Origin: a bacterium
Lineage (GTDB): Bacteria > UBA9089 > JAHJRX01
Assembly: GCA_030017825.1 (NCBI GenBank)
Contig: JASEGW010000002.1
Location: 1-41,950, forward strand
Direction: 5' to 3'
DNA: 41,950 nucleotides
Shown: one piece after another, positions 9,272 through 19,264 of the stretch
Numbering within the stretch: position 1 is the stretch's first letter
Layout of the letters: the number at the start of each line of letters is the position of its first letter
Notes under the pieces: generated by a model
Told to the model about the DNA's origin: nothing
Seen by the model: the letters and a program-made list of their open reading frames with translations, nothing else
Database searches by the model: none
Position numbers and translations under genes: made by a program

Positions 9272-10854
9272 AAAAATATAAGCATAGCTTGCCACTTCGT
9301 GGTTGGATTTTAATATTAATCACGGTACTCGGTGTTTCTGTTTCGTTACCTCTTTTGAGATCGGGTTATTTCTCACATCAGGACGATTTGCAAGTAATGA
9401 GAATTTTTGAAATGAGAAAGTGTTTTTCTGATTTCCAAATTCCATGTAGATGGGTACCTGACATGGGTTGGGGAAATGGTTTTCCGCTGTTTAATTTTTA
9501 TGGGGTTTCAACCTACTACTTAGGAGCAATTATTAGTTTTTTCGTAGGTTTTTTGAATGCTTCCAAAATTTTGTTTTTTATTTCTTTAACTGCTGGTAGC
9601 TACGGCGTTTACGCGCTTGTGCGCGATTTATGGGGAAAATATGCTGGATTAACTTCTGCAGTTTTATATTTATTTGTTCCCTATAAAGCCTTGGATGTAT
9701 ACGTACGCGGCGCACTTTCAGAAAGTATGGCACTTGCCCTGATACCATTTGTTTTGTATTTTGGCTACAAAAAAAGTTATAAATTATTCGTTCTAACCTT
9801 ATTCTTATTTTTGATAACTCATAACATAATGACGATTATATTTCTTCCGATTATTTTATTGTGGATGATTTATTGGAATGACTTGCGAATTGTAATAATA
9901 ACTTTTGTTATTACTCTTGGTTTGTCATCCTTTTTTATCTTACCTGCATTTTTTGAAAAAAGTTTAGTGCAAACCGAAAGTCTAACTAGATTTGAACTTG
10001 ATTTTAGAGCTAATTTTATTAGTATAAAACAATTATTTTTTAATAGAGTTTGGGGATATGGCACATCAATCCCAGGGCCAGAGGGTAGGATGAATTTTCA
10101 AATAGGGTGGCCACACTGGATTCTTACTGCCTTGTCTTTAGTTATTGTTCTATTTAGAAAAAAAGAAAAACACATGTTACTTGTTACTTGTTGCTTGTTA
10201 CTTTTTATATTTTCGATATTTATGACTCACAACAAGTCTTCGTTTATTTGGGAAAATATAAATATTTTAGAGTATTTTCAATTTCCATGGAGGTTTTTGT
10301 CACTTTCTGTTTTAACTTCATCTATATTGGGCGGCTTTGTTGTTTTGGTTGTTAAAGAAAAATTTCAGAAGTATTTATGTGCTTTAATAATAATTACAAC
10401 AGTTATACTAAACTGGAATTATTTTAAACCTAAAGAGTATTATAAAATTACTGACAAGCAAAAACTATCTGGTGAACTTTGGGAACAACAAAGAAAAGGA
10501 GCGCTTTTAGATTATTTACCAAAGACTGCGCTAGAACCAAGAGAAGGTGCAAATACTACTTTGACAAATTTCGTAAGCCATTCAAATAAATTTTCATTTG
10601 AAATTAATCTTGATAAAGAAACTCAAATTGAGGTTCCAGTTTTTTATTTTCCAAATTGGGAGGCAACTGTTAATGGAAAAGTCTATCCATTAACGCATGA
10701 TAACATTCTTGGTAGAATTTCTATTCTCTTACCTGAAGGAAATCATAAAGTGGTTGGAAAGTTTAAAAATACAGCGCTTAGAACATTTGCAAACACGATA
10801 ACTTTAATTAGTGTAATTGGTTTTATCTTAATATGCAGAAAAAAATATATTTAA
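9256..10854 (+). CDS. PF10131-like GT-C-type membrane protein, copy 2 of 3
   Basis: GYFSHQDDLQVM, CRWVPDMGWGNGFPLFNFY, YKALDVYVRGALSES, FQFPWRFLS. Confidence 0.65.
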   Translation: MANLLKKYKHSLPLRGWILILITVLGVSVSLPLLRSGYFSHQDDLQVMRIFEMRKCFSDFQIPCRWVPDMGWGNGFPLFNFYGVSTYYLGAIISFFVGFLNASKILFFISLTAGSYGVYALVRDLWGKYAGLTSAVLYLFVPYKALDVYVRGALSESMALALIPFVLYFGYKKSYKLFVLTLFLFLITHNIMTIIFLPIILLWMIYWNDLRIVIITFVITLGLSSFFILPAFFEKSLVQTESLTRFELDFRANFISIKQLFFNRVWGYGTSIPGPEGRMNFQIGWPHWILTALSLVIVLFRKKEKHMLLVTCCLLLFIFSIFMTHNKSSFIWENINILEYFQFPWRFLSLSVLTSSILGGFVVLVVKEKFQKYLCALIIITTVILNWNYFKPKEYYKITDKQKLSGELWEQQRKGALLDYLPKTALEPREGANTTLTNFVSHSNKFSFEINLDKETQIEVPVFYFPNWEATVNGKVYPLTHDNILGRISILLPEGNHKVVGKFKNTALRTFANTITLISVIGFILICRKKYI

Positions 10855-12506
10855 CCGCGAAGTGGCAAGCTTTGCTTACAATATTGGCACTTTCTATTCC
10901 TGCAGTTAGATATCTTTTTGTAAACGGATTTTTTGGTGTTTCAGATGATCTTCATATTGGATGGTTATTTGAAATGGATAGGGTTATTAAGATGCTGCAA
11001 TTTCCACCTAGATTTGTTCCAGATTTAAGCTTTGGATTCGGATATCCACTTTTTACTTTTGTTTATCCACTCCCTTTTTATATTGCTGAAATATTTCATC
11101 TAATTGGTTTTTCATTAGTTAATAGTGTGAAGCTTGTGTTTGGTCTTTCAATTCCTTTTTCAATGTTTTTTATGTACAAATTATTAAAAAATTATTTGAC
11201 CGAAGAATTATCTTTAGCTGGTGCAGTACTTTATATTTATGCCCCTTATAGGGCTTTGGAGATTTTTGTAAGGGGAACGATAGGGGAGATAGTTGCTTTT
11301 GTGTTTTTTCCTTTAATAATACTTTCTTTTATTAAATTAACTGAAAGTAATTTTTCAAAAAAATGGATAGGAATTGCAGGAGTTTCAACCGCGGCACTTA
11401 TTCTATCGCACAATATTATGGCGTATATGTTTATCCCCTTTTTGATAATTTTTGTAATTGCCCGGATTGTTTGGATTTCTAAAGAGAAAAAAGAAGCAAT
11501 TTTAAATACTTTTAAAGGATTATTTTTAGGATTACTTTCATCAATTTATTTTTGGTTTCCAGCCATTTCCGAAAGTGGACTAATGCACTACAGTACTGTG
11601 TTTAATTTTTATGACCACTTCCCCGCATTAAAACAATTCATAACTCCATATTGGGGTTATGGAGCATCGGTACCTGGTAATTACGACACAATGTCTTTTT
11701 ATATGGGTCTTGTCGGTTTAATAGTAGTGATACTTGGTTTTGGTGTATTTTTATCAAAGATTAAAAAATTTTCCAAAAACGAAAAAATATTTGTTGGTTG
11801 GGGAGTATTTGTGTTTTCCCTTTCTGTTTTTATGATGAATTTTAGATCCGTTTATCTTTGGAGGACTCTTCCTCTTTTACCTTATTTTCAATTTCCATGG
11901 AGATTTATCGCAATGACTACTTTAGTAAGTCCATTATTTTTAATTGGGTTTTCTAAATTTCCAAGTAAACTTATGAAGATTATTTCTTTGATAATAATTT
12001 TTCTAGCAATTTTATTAAATTTTAACTATTTTAAAACAAGCGAATATTTAGGAAGAATGGACGATTACTATATAGATAGGTTTATTCCTGTGCCTGTTGC
12101 AAGTGAAGCGTATAAAAAAACTTCAGAGGAATATTTAAGACTTCCTGTTAATAATGAAATTAGACCAAATGAAAATTACCCCAGAGCTTTTACCGATGAT
12201 AATTCAGTAAATATTGAGATTCGGGAAACGAATGCTTTAAATGCAAAAATTGTTACACATAGCGATAATGAATTTATACTAAATTATAATAAGTATTATT
12301 ATCCTGGATTCATTGCCAAAATTGATGGGGAGTTAGTAGAAATTACACCAGGTAGGCCATTTGGACAAATTTCATTCGTGGTTCCAGGTGGTAGTCATAT
12401 TGTTGATGTTGTCTACAGAGAATCGCCAAATAGACTTATATTTGATTTAGTTTCATTGGTTACTATTAGTTATTCTATTTTTTTAATACTTAGAAAAAAC
12501 AAATGA
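10833..12506 (+). CDS. PF10131-like GT-C-type membrane protein, copy 3 of 3
   Basis: GFFGVSDDLHIG, RFVPDLSFGFGYPLFTFVYP, YRALEIFVRGTIGE, FQFPWRFIA. Confidence 0.65.
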   Translation: MQKKIYLTAKWQALLTILALSIPAVRYLFVNGFFGVSDDLHIGWLFEMDRVIKMLQFPPRFVPDLSFGFGYPLFTFVYPLPFYIAEIFHLIGFSLVNSVKLVFGLSIPFSMFFMYKLLKNYLTEELSLAGAVLYIYAPYRALEIFVRGTIGEIVAFVFFPLIILSFIKLTESNFSKKWIGIAGVSTAALILSHNIMAYMFIPFLIIFVIARIVWISKEKKEAILNTFKGLFLGLLSSIYFWFPAISESGLMHYSTVFNFYDHFPALKQFITPYWGYGASVPGNYDTMSFYMGLVGLIVVILGFGVFLSKIKKFSKNEKIFVGWGVFVFSLSVFMMNFRSVYLWRTLPLLPYFQFPWRFIAMTTLVSPLFLIGFSKFPSKLMKIISLIIIFLAILLNFNYFKTSEYLGRMDDYYIDRFIPVPVASEAYKKTSEEYLRLPVNNEIRPNENYPRAFTDDNSVNIEIRETNALNAKIVTHSDNEFILNYNKYYYPGFIAKIDGELVEITPGRPFGQISFVVPGGSHIVDVVYRESPNRLIFDLVSLVTISYSIFLILRKNK

Positions 12507-13723
12507 ACAAAGGATTTGTAAAATTATTAGTCTTAGCTATTTTTTTAAGACTTTTAGTATCTGCCTTTTTATTTCATCCTGATATAAAAACTTATAACTT
12601 CCAAGCTTCATTTTTAAAAAAAGGTGTAATTAATATTTATAGTTATCTAATAAACAATAAAGCAACTCTTCCAATAAAAGAGGAGTTTGTTTACTTTCCA
12701 CTAACTTATTTCACGGTTGGTGGGTATCAAGCAGTTATCTCTAGTTTTTTGGGACCTGATTTTAATACTTGGTTAACTGATGCTGGATCAAATTCAATGG
12801 TTAATAATCTTAATATTTTTAAATATTTAATTTTATTGAAATTGCCACTATTTATTATGGATATTTCCATTGCCTTTCTATTGTTGAAATTTTTTAAAGA
12901 TAAAAAAGATGGGAAGAACGCATTTACTTTATGGTTATTTAATCCTTTTACAATAATTTTAATTTATGCATTTTCAAATATTGATCTTTATGCCGTACTT
13001 TTAAGTTTGATTGCATTTTTTTATATTAAAAGAGATAAATTAATTAAAGCATCTGTTTTTATTGGACTTGCTGCATCTTTTAAACTTTATCCAATACTTT
13101 TTGTTCCATTTCTATTAATGAAAGCAAAAACTACAAAGGAAAAAGTTTTATCAGTATTGGTCCCAGTCCTGACCTTGTTTGTAGTTATAGTACCATTTTG
13201 GTCACCTGCTTTTGTGGAATCTGCTTTAGTATCAGGATTATCAACAAGAATATTTAGCCCGGGGTTTCCGATAGGATTTGGTGAGTCAATTGTTGTTGGT
13301 CTATTTTTATTGTCTAGTCTTTTTTTCACTGGGTGGATATTTGGAAAGAAAATAAAACTATTTAATTATTTTGTTACTATGCTTCTTGTTATTTTTTCTT
13401 TTTCACACTTTCATATATCTTGGTTACTTTGGATTTCACCATTTTTAGTAATACTTGCAGTTTCCAAACCCACTCTAAAATGGTTAATATTTTTCTGGGC
13501 AATTTTTGCGATTTCAATTCCTTTGTTTTATTCGGACAGGTCAATGACAATATCTTTATTTAGAATTTATACAAATTGGTATGATTTTCTACCAACACCG
13601 TTTATTATCACTCAAAAATTTTATGATCCATACAATTTTCAAAGCATTTTACATTCTGTGTTAGCGGGTTTGTCAGTAGCAATATCAATTAAACTATTAG
13701 GAAAGGAAAATAAAATAAAATAA
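12503..13723 (+). CDS. Polytopic membrane protein, DUF2029/GT87-like putative glycosyltransferase
   Basis: FHPDIKTYNFQASFLKKGV-NIY, FVYFPLTYF, FKLYPILFVPFLL. About 10 hydrophobic segments. ATGA junction with the upstream gene. Confidence 0.5.
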   Translation: MNKGFVKLLVLAIFLRLLVSAFLFHPDIKTYNFQASFLKKGVINIYSYLINNKATLPIKEEFVYFPLTYFTVGGYQAVISSFLGPDFNTWLTDAGSNSMVNNLNIFKYLILLKLPLFIMDISIAFLLLKFFKDKKDGKNAFTLWLFNPFTIILIYAFSNIDLYAVLLSLIAFFYIKRDKLIKASVFIGLAASFKLYPILFVPFLLMKAKTTKEKVLSVLVPVLTLFVVIVPFWSPAFVESALVSGLSTRIFSPGFPIGFGESIVVGLFLLSSLFFTGWIFGKKIKLFNYFVTMLLVIFSFSHFHISWLLWISPFLVILAVSKPTLKWLIFFWAIFAISIPLFYSDRSMTISLFRIYTNWYDFLPTPFIITQKFYDPYNFQSILHSVLAGLSVAISIKLLGKENKIK

Positions 13724-13728
13724 AAAAG

Positions 13729-14316
13729 ATGATTTGGTTTACAAGTATATCAATTATGTTTTTGTTGTTTATCATTCCTGGATTAATGGCAGGTTTAATA
13801 GATATGATACCCGCAGGTGATCAACCGGGCTATAGCGTTGATTCTAGAGCTTCAATATATCGAGATAGATACTTTACTCAATATTTTATTTCAAAAGATA
13901 AAAATTTAACTGCAGTTGCTACCTCAATTAAAAATCCTAATTTGAAGAATAAAAAAAATATAATCTTTAATCTTTACGACGATAAAAATGTTCTTACTAG
14001 AACTACTACATTAAACGGAATGAACATCGAAGATGGTAGTTTTATAAAAATAATATTTGAAAAAATTCCAGATTCTAAGAATAAAAAGTATCACTTTACA
14101 CTTTCTTCGCCTGATGCAGGTGAAGAAGAAACAATAGAAGTGTTTTTAACCGGGCCAACTAATGAAATATTAAACTATATATATGACGAAGTGAATAAAC
14201 CAGGTGGTACTCCAATGGTAACGTTCCATAAACCTGATAGTTCCCCAGAAACAATAAAATTAGTTTATATTAATTGGTTTTCCAAACTTCTACCTCGTCA
14301 TTTTCAAAAAATTTAG
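13729..14316 (+). CDS. Hypothetical N-terminally anchored extracytoplasmic protein
   Basis: One N-terminal hydrophobic segment, then a soluble domain (QYF...NLTAV...IIFNLYDD...FEKIPDSKNKKYHFTLSSP). From memory this resembles a module found inside some large GT-C proteins; I have not verified that. Confidence 0.45.
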   Translation: MIWFTSISIMFLLFIIPGLMAGLIDMIPAGDQPGYSVDSRASIYRDRYFTQYFISKDKNLTAVATSIKNPNLKNKKNIIFNLYDDKNVLTRTTTLNGMNIEDGSFIKIIFEKIPDSKNKKYHFTLSSPDAGEEETIEVFLTGPTNEILNYIYDEVNKPGGTPMVTFHKPDSSPETIKLVYINWFSKLLPRHFQKI

Positions 14317-16108
14317 TTAATCCAATTTCTTCTAAATCAATTTTTGGTTTTAATGCTTTCGGAAAGTATAAAATATCAATACCGGTTTCTAATAATGCAT
14401 CTTTAACTGTTTTAACGACTTCACTTTCAAATACTATTTTCTTGGTAGCAAGTCTTCGTTTATAGTCATACCCCATGATATCTACTTGTTCGTAATCATC
14501 AAAATATGTTCTTCTTGATGAGAATGCAGATACATATGAAGTGTCGAACCAATCCCAAATATCTGGAGTTACTCTCCCAAGGTTTATATGTTGGTTATAT
14601 GGCGGGGTTAGAATAACAGTGTCTTTACTTGAATTTTTATTTATAAAATCTAAAGCACTAAGTTCGAATGAACTAATTTTAGCAAATGCAGGTCGGGAGT
14701 AGAATTCATAAAGTAAACCCACTTGTGTCGGTATCATTAAAATTATAATTAATGGAATTAAAAATTTAAATTTTTTGGGTTTTGTGATTTTTGAAACAGC
14801 AATACCTGAAAGAATTCCAAATAGAAGTATAAAGTATTGTAGAAATTGACTGGTGTTACTGGCTACACCCTTTTGTAAAAATATTAAAGGAAGGACTAAA
14901 GAAAAAAGAATTGAAATTTTAAAGATATTATTTTGTTTGAGGAATTCCCAAAGTCCTAAAAACCTAACTCCCAAGTTTCCAAAGAAAAATATTAAAAATC
15001 CCAATCCTTCCAACCACACAACTCGTTTCCAGTTGTGTTCATATATATATGTTTGGCGTCTTAATTCCCAATCAAGTAAATTTAATCTTGAAGGTTCGAC
15101 TATCATTGTCCTTATATACCACCATGGTTCATATATTAGAAATGATGTAGAATTGGATGAATTGGGTAGATATAGGGAAAGGGCAAGAATTCCACTGGAT
15201 AAGGAAAGTATAAATAATCTAATATCCCTTTTTCTTATAAGTTCCCGGGTTCCGATAATTGCAAGGGTTCCAAGAAGTATTACTCCAGCATAAATCTTAA
15301 AAGACGAAATTGTTCCTAATAGCATTAGACAGATAAAAAAATATTTTATCTTTTCATTTTTTAACTTTTGATCTAAAAATACTAAGACAAAATATATTGT
15401 AGATAGAAAAAGAAAATTGGAAATTATTTGTGGTGGGTTACCACTTGAACTTTGTGGTTGTGTTGCCCAAAAAAGACTTTCACCTCCAATAGTTTTATTT
15501 TTAAGATAAGTTACCATAAAACCAAAACTTCCTGCGAAGTAAGTAAAAATAGTGGCCCAGATAGAAGCTGAAAAATTATTAGTAATTTTTTTCGTTAAAA
15601 AATAAACCGATACTCCTAAAAATAAAGAATAAATTAATGGGAATATCCTAAAATAAAGATTAACATCACTAATGGGGGTATATTTACTAAAAATTGCTGG
15701 TGCGATGTCGGAAAAGAAATGATAATTTAAAAGTCTTTCTCCGTTAAAAATAGGGTTTTGAAATGGATAACCTTTCTTCATTTCTTCCATTAAGGCAATG
15801 TGCCAAGTACTGTCGTGTCCATGTGCACTCCAAAAAACCAGGTCTCCATTTTGAAATATCCCACTGGGAGAAATAACTGCCAACTGTCCAATAATACCTA
15901 AAGAGAATACTAATAAAACTAAAAATGTTTTTAAGTTAAAGGTAATTTTTATTTTTTTAATACTCTTAATTAATTGTTTGAAACCAAATATTACTCCAAG
16001 GATAGTAACTGGTATAATTAAATCAGGAATATTTAATACCATTAGTAAGTATGAAAGAAGGGTGAAGGCACTAAAGACAAAAATTGAACCCACTAGAATG
16101 CTTTCCAT
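14270..16108 (-). CDS. Polytopic membrane protein, GT-C-like, unassigned family. Full-length paralog of 1..1660.
   Basis: GHDSTWHIALMEEMKKGYPFQNPIFNGERLLNYH. The C-terminal soluble domain ends LTKFFENDEVEVW, matching the end of the first gene. Confidence 0.65.
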   Translation of the reverse strand: MESILVGSIFVFSAFTLLSYLLMVLNIPDLIIPVTILGVIFGFKQLIKSIKKIKITFNLKTFLVLLVFSLGIIGQLAVISPSGIFQNGDLVFWSAHGHDSTWHIALMEEMKKGYPFQNPIFNGERLLNYHFFSDIAPAIFSKYTPISDVNLYFRIFPLIYSLFLGVSVYFLTKKITNNFSASIWATIFTYFAGSFGFMVTYLKNKTIGGESLFWATQPQSSSGNPPQIISNFLFLSTIYFVLVFLDQKLKNEKIKYFFICLMLLGTISSFKIYAGVILLGTLAIIGTRELIRKRDIRLFILSLSSGILALSLYLPNSSNSTSFLIYEPWWYIRTMIVEPSRLNLLDWELRRQTYIYEHNWKRVVWLEGLGFLIFFFGNLGVRFLGLWEFLKQNNIFKISILFSLVLPLIFLQKGVASNTSQFLQYFILLFGILSGIAVSKITKPKKFKFLIPLIIILMIPTQVGLLYEFYSRPAFAKISSFELSALDFINKNSSKDTVILTPPYNQHINLGRVTPDIWDWFDTSYVSAFSSRRTYFDDYEQVDIMGYDYKRRLATKKIVFESEVVKTVKDALLETGIDILYFPKALKPKIDLEEIGLTKFFENDEVEVWKTN

Positions 16109-16114
16109 TATTAG

Positions 16115-16138
16115 ATTATATAATAGTTATGACATAAT
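16115..16138. promoter_or_regulatory. Back-to-back -10 boxes in a 36-bp divergent intergenic region
   Basis: On the minus strand, TATAAT (plus 16115-16120) lies 6 nt from the start at 16108. On the plus strand, CATAAT (16133-16138) lies 6 nt from the ATG at 16145. Confidence 0.35.
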
Positions 16139-16144
16139 AAAAAA

Positions 16145-17602
16145 ATGAAAAGAAAATCTATAATTACACTTTTAGTGATACTTCTTTTAGGATCAATTCT
16201 AAGAATTCATAAAATTTCTTCAATGTCACTTTATGGAGATGAACTCACAATGGTGTATGATTCCTATTCTATTTTAAAGACTGGAAAGGATCAAACAGGC
16301 GAAGCATATCCTTTGACCTTTAAAATGGGCGCAGGAAGACCTGCGGGATATGTTTATTTCTCGATCCCCTTTGTGGCTACCTTTGGACCCAGTGTGTGGG
16401 GTGTAAGGGGATTATCTATCTTTTCGGGATTAGGAATTATTATTTTGATGTTTTTCTTTGGCAAAAAGTTATTTAATGAAAAAGTAGGTCTGGTTGCATC
16501 TTTTTTAACATCAATTTCTCTTTGGGATTTATATTTATCTCGTGCAGGATTTGAGGCACATTTTGCATTATTTTTAGCCCTTTTGGGTGTAGTTTTATTT
16601 GTTTATAAAAAATATATTCCAATGGCAGTTTTTTGGGGCCTAGCAATCTTTAGTTATCCAACATTTAAATTAACAATTCCACTATTGTTTTTAATTTTAC
16701 TATTACTTAATGGGTTTAAAAAAGTTTTTAAAAACAAAATCTTTCTTATCTCAATTTTAATTTTAGCTTCTTTTGCTGGATTTGCACTCAACGAAACATT
16801 TAAAGGTGTTTCTGAACAAAGATTTTTGAGTATCAATGTTTTTTCAGATACAAATTTAAAAGAAAGTATTATTCAGAAAATTAATGAACAAAGAAATCTT
16901 TCGACATTTCCTGAAGTTTTAAAGCCATTAATTTATAATAAGCCTCTTAAATATTCACGAATTCTTTTTGAGAATTATCTGGATAATTTATCTCCACATT
17001 TTTTATATTTACGTGGAGATGGTAATCCTCGTCATAATCCGGGGGAAACGGGCATGTTTTATTTAGTTGAACTTCCTTTATTATTTGTTGGATTGTATTT
17101 TTTGGCAAAAGGAGAAAAGAAAAAATTATGTTTATTAGTTTTATGGATATTAATAGTTCCTCTTGCAACTATGTTGACAGGAGAACCACACGGGCTTCGT
17201 AATAACTTCATTATTCCGCCATTCGTCTTAATTTCCAGTTTTGCATTAACAAAGATTTCTAAAAAATTAAGTATTATAGCTTTTACTTTAATTGGTATTC
17301 AATTAATATTTGTTTTAATGACGGTTTACTTTTATGCACCTAATAAATTCGGGAGTTTTTGGTCAGCCAGAGCACGTGATGTGGTTTTGGAAGTAATTAA
17401 TCAGAAGGATAAATACGAAACGATAGTTTTATCAACCAATATTGATAATGTTGAATATGCTTATATAACCTATACAAAGGTAGATCCAAATGAGGTGATT
17501 TTTCAGTATGGAAAACTACCCAAGAAATACGATAATGTAATAATCACTGACAAAGTTAGTCAATATATTAATACTGAAAATATCCTGATCTTAGAAGAAT
17601 GA
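16145..17602 (+). CDS. ArnT/PMT-like (PMT_2-type) GT-C glycosyltransferase, copy 1 of 4
   Basis: First-loop acidic motif YGDELTMVYDSYSILKTGKDQTGEAYPL. Multiple TM segments. C-terminal domain with YAYITYTKVDPNEV. Confidence 0.65.
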   Translation: MKRKSIITLLVILLLGSILRIHKISSMSLYGDELTMVYDSYSILKTGKDQTGEAYPLTFKMGAGRPAGYVYFSIPFVATFGPSVWGVRGLSIFSGLGIIILMFFFGKKLFNEKVGLVASFLTSISLWDLYLSRAGFEAHFALFLALLGVVLFVYKKYIPMAVFWGLAIFSYPTFKLTIPLLFLILLLLNGFKKVFKNKIFLISILILASFAGFALNETFKGVSEQRFLSINVFSDTNLKESIIQKINEQRNLSTFPEVLKPLIYNKPLKYSRILFENYLDNLSPHFLYLRGDGNPRHNPGETGMFYLVELPLLFVGLYFLAKGEKKKLCLLVLWILIVPLATMLTGEPHGLRNNFIIPPFVLISSFALTKISKKLSIIAFTLIGIQLIFVLMTVYFYAPNKFGSFWSARARDVVLEVINQKDKYETIVLSTNIDNVEYAYITYTKVDPNEVIFQYGKLPKKYDNVIITDKVSQYINTENILILEE

Positions 17603-19209
17603 AAGATAAAATTATATCAATCTTTAATATTAGAAATATATCAGTACAATTAAGATTAATTGTCTTATTAATAATTTTAGTTTTAGCTACGCTTGTAAGG
17701 TTTTATAAATTGGATAAAGTCCCGCCATCTTTAAATTGGGATGAAATGGCAGCGGGGTACAACGGATTTACAATTGCAAATTGGGGTGCAGATGAGTATG
17801 GAAATAAATATCCTATTATATTTAAATCATTTGGAGATGATAAACACCCGGTTCATATTTATTTAACAGCACTGGTTGTTAAAATTTTTGGTTTATCTGA
17901 TTTTTCAACTCGGGCAAGCAGTGCAGCAATCGGAGTGTTGGCCATACTTGCAATTTATCTTTTGGTAAAAGAATTGTCTAAAAGTGAACTAATAGCACTT
18001 TTATCTTCCTTATTTTTAGCAGTTTCCCCGTATCATATACATTATTCAAGGGGTCTTTGGGAAGCTAATTTCGCTTTATCCTTTCTAATTTTTGGTCTTA
18101 GCAGTTTTTATATCGGCTTAAGGAAAAATAATTGGTTAATTCCGCTCTCGTTTTCTTTTTTTGGATTAAGTTTTTTTTCATATCATTCAGCTAAAATTAT
18201 TGTTCCAATAATAGTTTTTCTTGTTTGTCTATTTAATTTAAAAAAATTATTATCAAATAAAAAGATATTAATCTGGTCAACACTAGTAGTTTTTATTTTT
18301 GCGGGACTTATTCTAAAAGAGCCAAGGATATTAGGGTTTGCAAGAATAAATCAAACTAAATTTTCATCAGAAGTACTAAATAAATATGGTGGAGAATTAA
18401 ATACTATTATTCATAATTATAAAGAGTATTTTACTTATTCTTATCTTTTTCAAAACGGTGACCAAAGTTCAAGAGCTTCAGTAAAGGTAGTTGGGGAATT
18501 TTATAAAATTGATCTACCACTAATGCTTATTGGTTTGTTTGCGCTTTTGCTTCGCAAAAAATGGCAGGCATTAATAATATTAATAACATGGTTAGTACTT
18601 TCTCCAATACCTGGTGCCGTATCAGCATTGGAACCAAGTGCCACAAGGGGTATTTTTATAATTGCTCCAATAATACTTTTGTCTGCAATTGGGGCCTCTG
18701 GTTTGATTTTATTTTTTAAAAATAAATGGATAAGAATATTGATAACTTTACTAGTATTACTTTTTTTAGGCAGGGAAGTTGTTAATTACACTTCATATTA
18801 TTTTACAAAATATGCAGAAAAAGAAGCAATAGAATGGCAATATGGAATGAAGCAAATCGTAGAATATGTAAGTGAAAACCCAGACTACTACAGAGTATAT
18901 ATGGATAAGATTAGACAACAACCTTACATATTTTTCTTATATTATCTAAAGACTCCTCTCCCAGAATTCTTAAGTTCGGTAAAATATGATGAAACTGAAT
19001 CAAAAAGTTATAACACCGTACTTTTCTTTGATAGATATCAATTTGGAGATTGGGATATAATAGGCAGTTATCCAAATAACAATATATTATATGTAATAAC
19101 TCCAAGTTATTATGGTGGTTTAAGATATTTACAACAGTTTGATGTTAAAAAACTTGTTAAATATCCAAATAAAAATGACGCGTTTTACATGGTTAGTGGA
19201 TATGAATAA
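17599..19209 (+). CDS. ArnT/PMT-like GT-C glycosyltransferase, copy 2 of 4
   Basis: PPSLNWDEMAAGYNGF, YPIIFKSFGDDKHPVHIY, SPYHIHYSRGLWEAN, C-terminal QPYIFFLYYLK. Confidence 0.7.
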   Translation: MKDKIISIFNIRNISVQLRLIVLLIILVLATLVRFYKLDKVPPSLNWDEMAAGYNGFTIANWGADEYGNKYPIIFKSFGDDKHPVHIYLTALVVKIFGLSDFSTRASSAAIGVLAILAIYLLVKELSKSELIALLSSLFLAVSPYHIHYSRGLWEANFALSFLIFGLSSFYIGLRKNNWLIPLSFSFFGLSFFSYHSAKIIVPIIVFLVCLFNLKKLLSNKKILIWSTLVVFIFAGLILKEPRILGFARINQTKFSSEVLNKYGGELNTIIHNYKEYFTYSYLFQNGDQSSRASVKVVGEFYKIDLPLMLIGLFALLLRKKWQALIILITWLVLSPIPGAVSALEPSATRGIFIIAPIILLSAIGASGLILFFKNKWIRILITLLVLLFLGREVVNYTSYYFTKYAEKEAIEWQYGMKQIVEYVSENPDYYRVYMDKIRQQPYIFFLYYLKTPLPEFLSSVKYDETESKSYNTVLFFDRYQFGDWDIIGSYPNNNILYVITPSYYGGLRYLQQFDVKKLVKYPNKNDAFYMVSGYE

Positions 19210-19264
19210 TAAATTTAATTCATTCAAATGTGTAAACATGGCCTTTTTAAGGCATAATTAACAT

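Noticed and set aside
8655-11910. Near-identical stretches of about 20 nt (caatttccatggag) recurring at about 8661, 10275 and 11890, considered as possible recombination or repeat elements
   Set aside because: They are explained by the conserved QFPWRF motif of the three paralogs. The similarity does not extend beyond the motif.
14662-14668. tRNA T-loop-like GTTCGAA strings (also GGTTCGAC near 15095)
   Set aside because: They lie inside a well-supported CDS with no flanking acceptor or anticodon stem complementarity. I found no tRNA, rRNA or CRISPR repeat pattern anywhere in the window.
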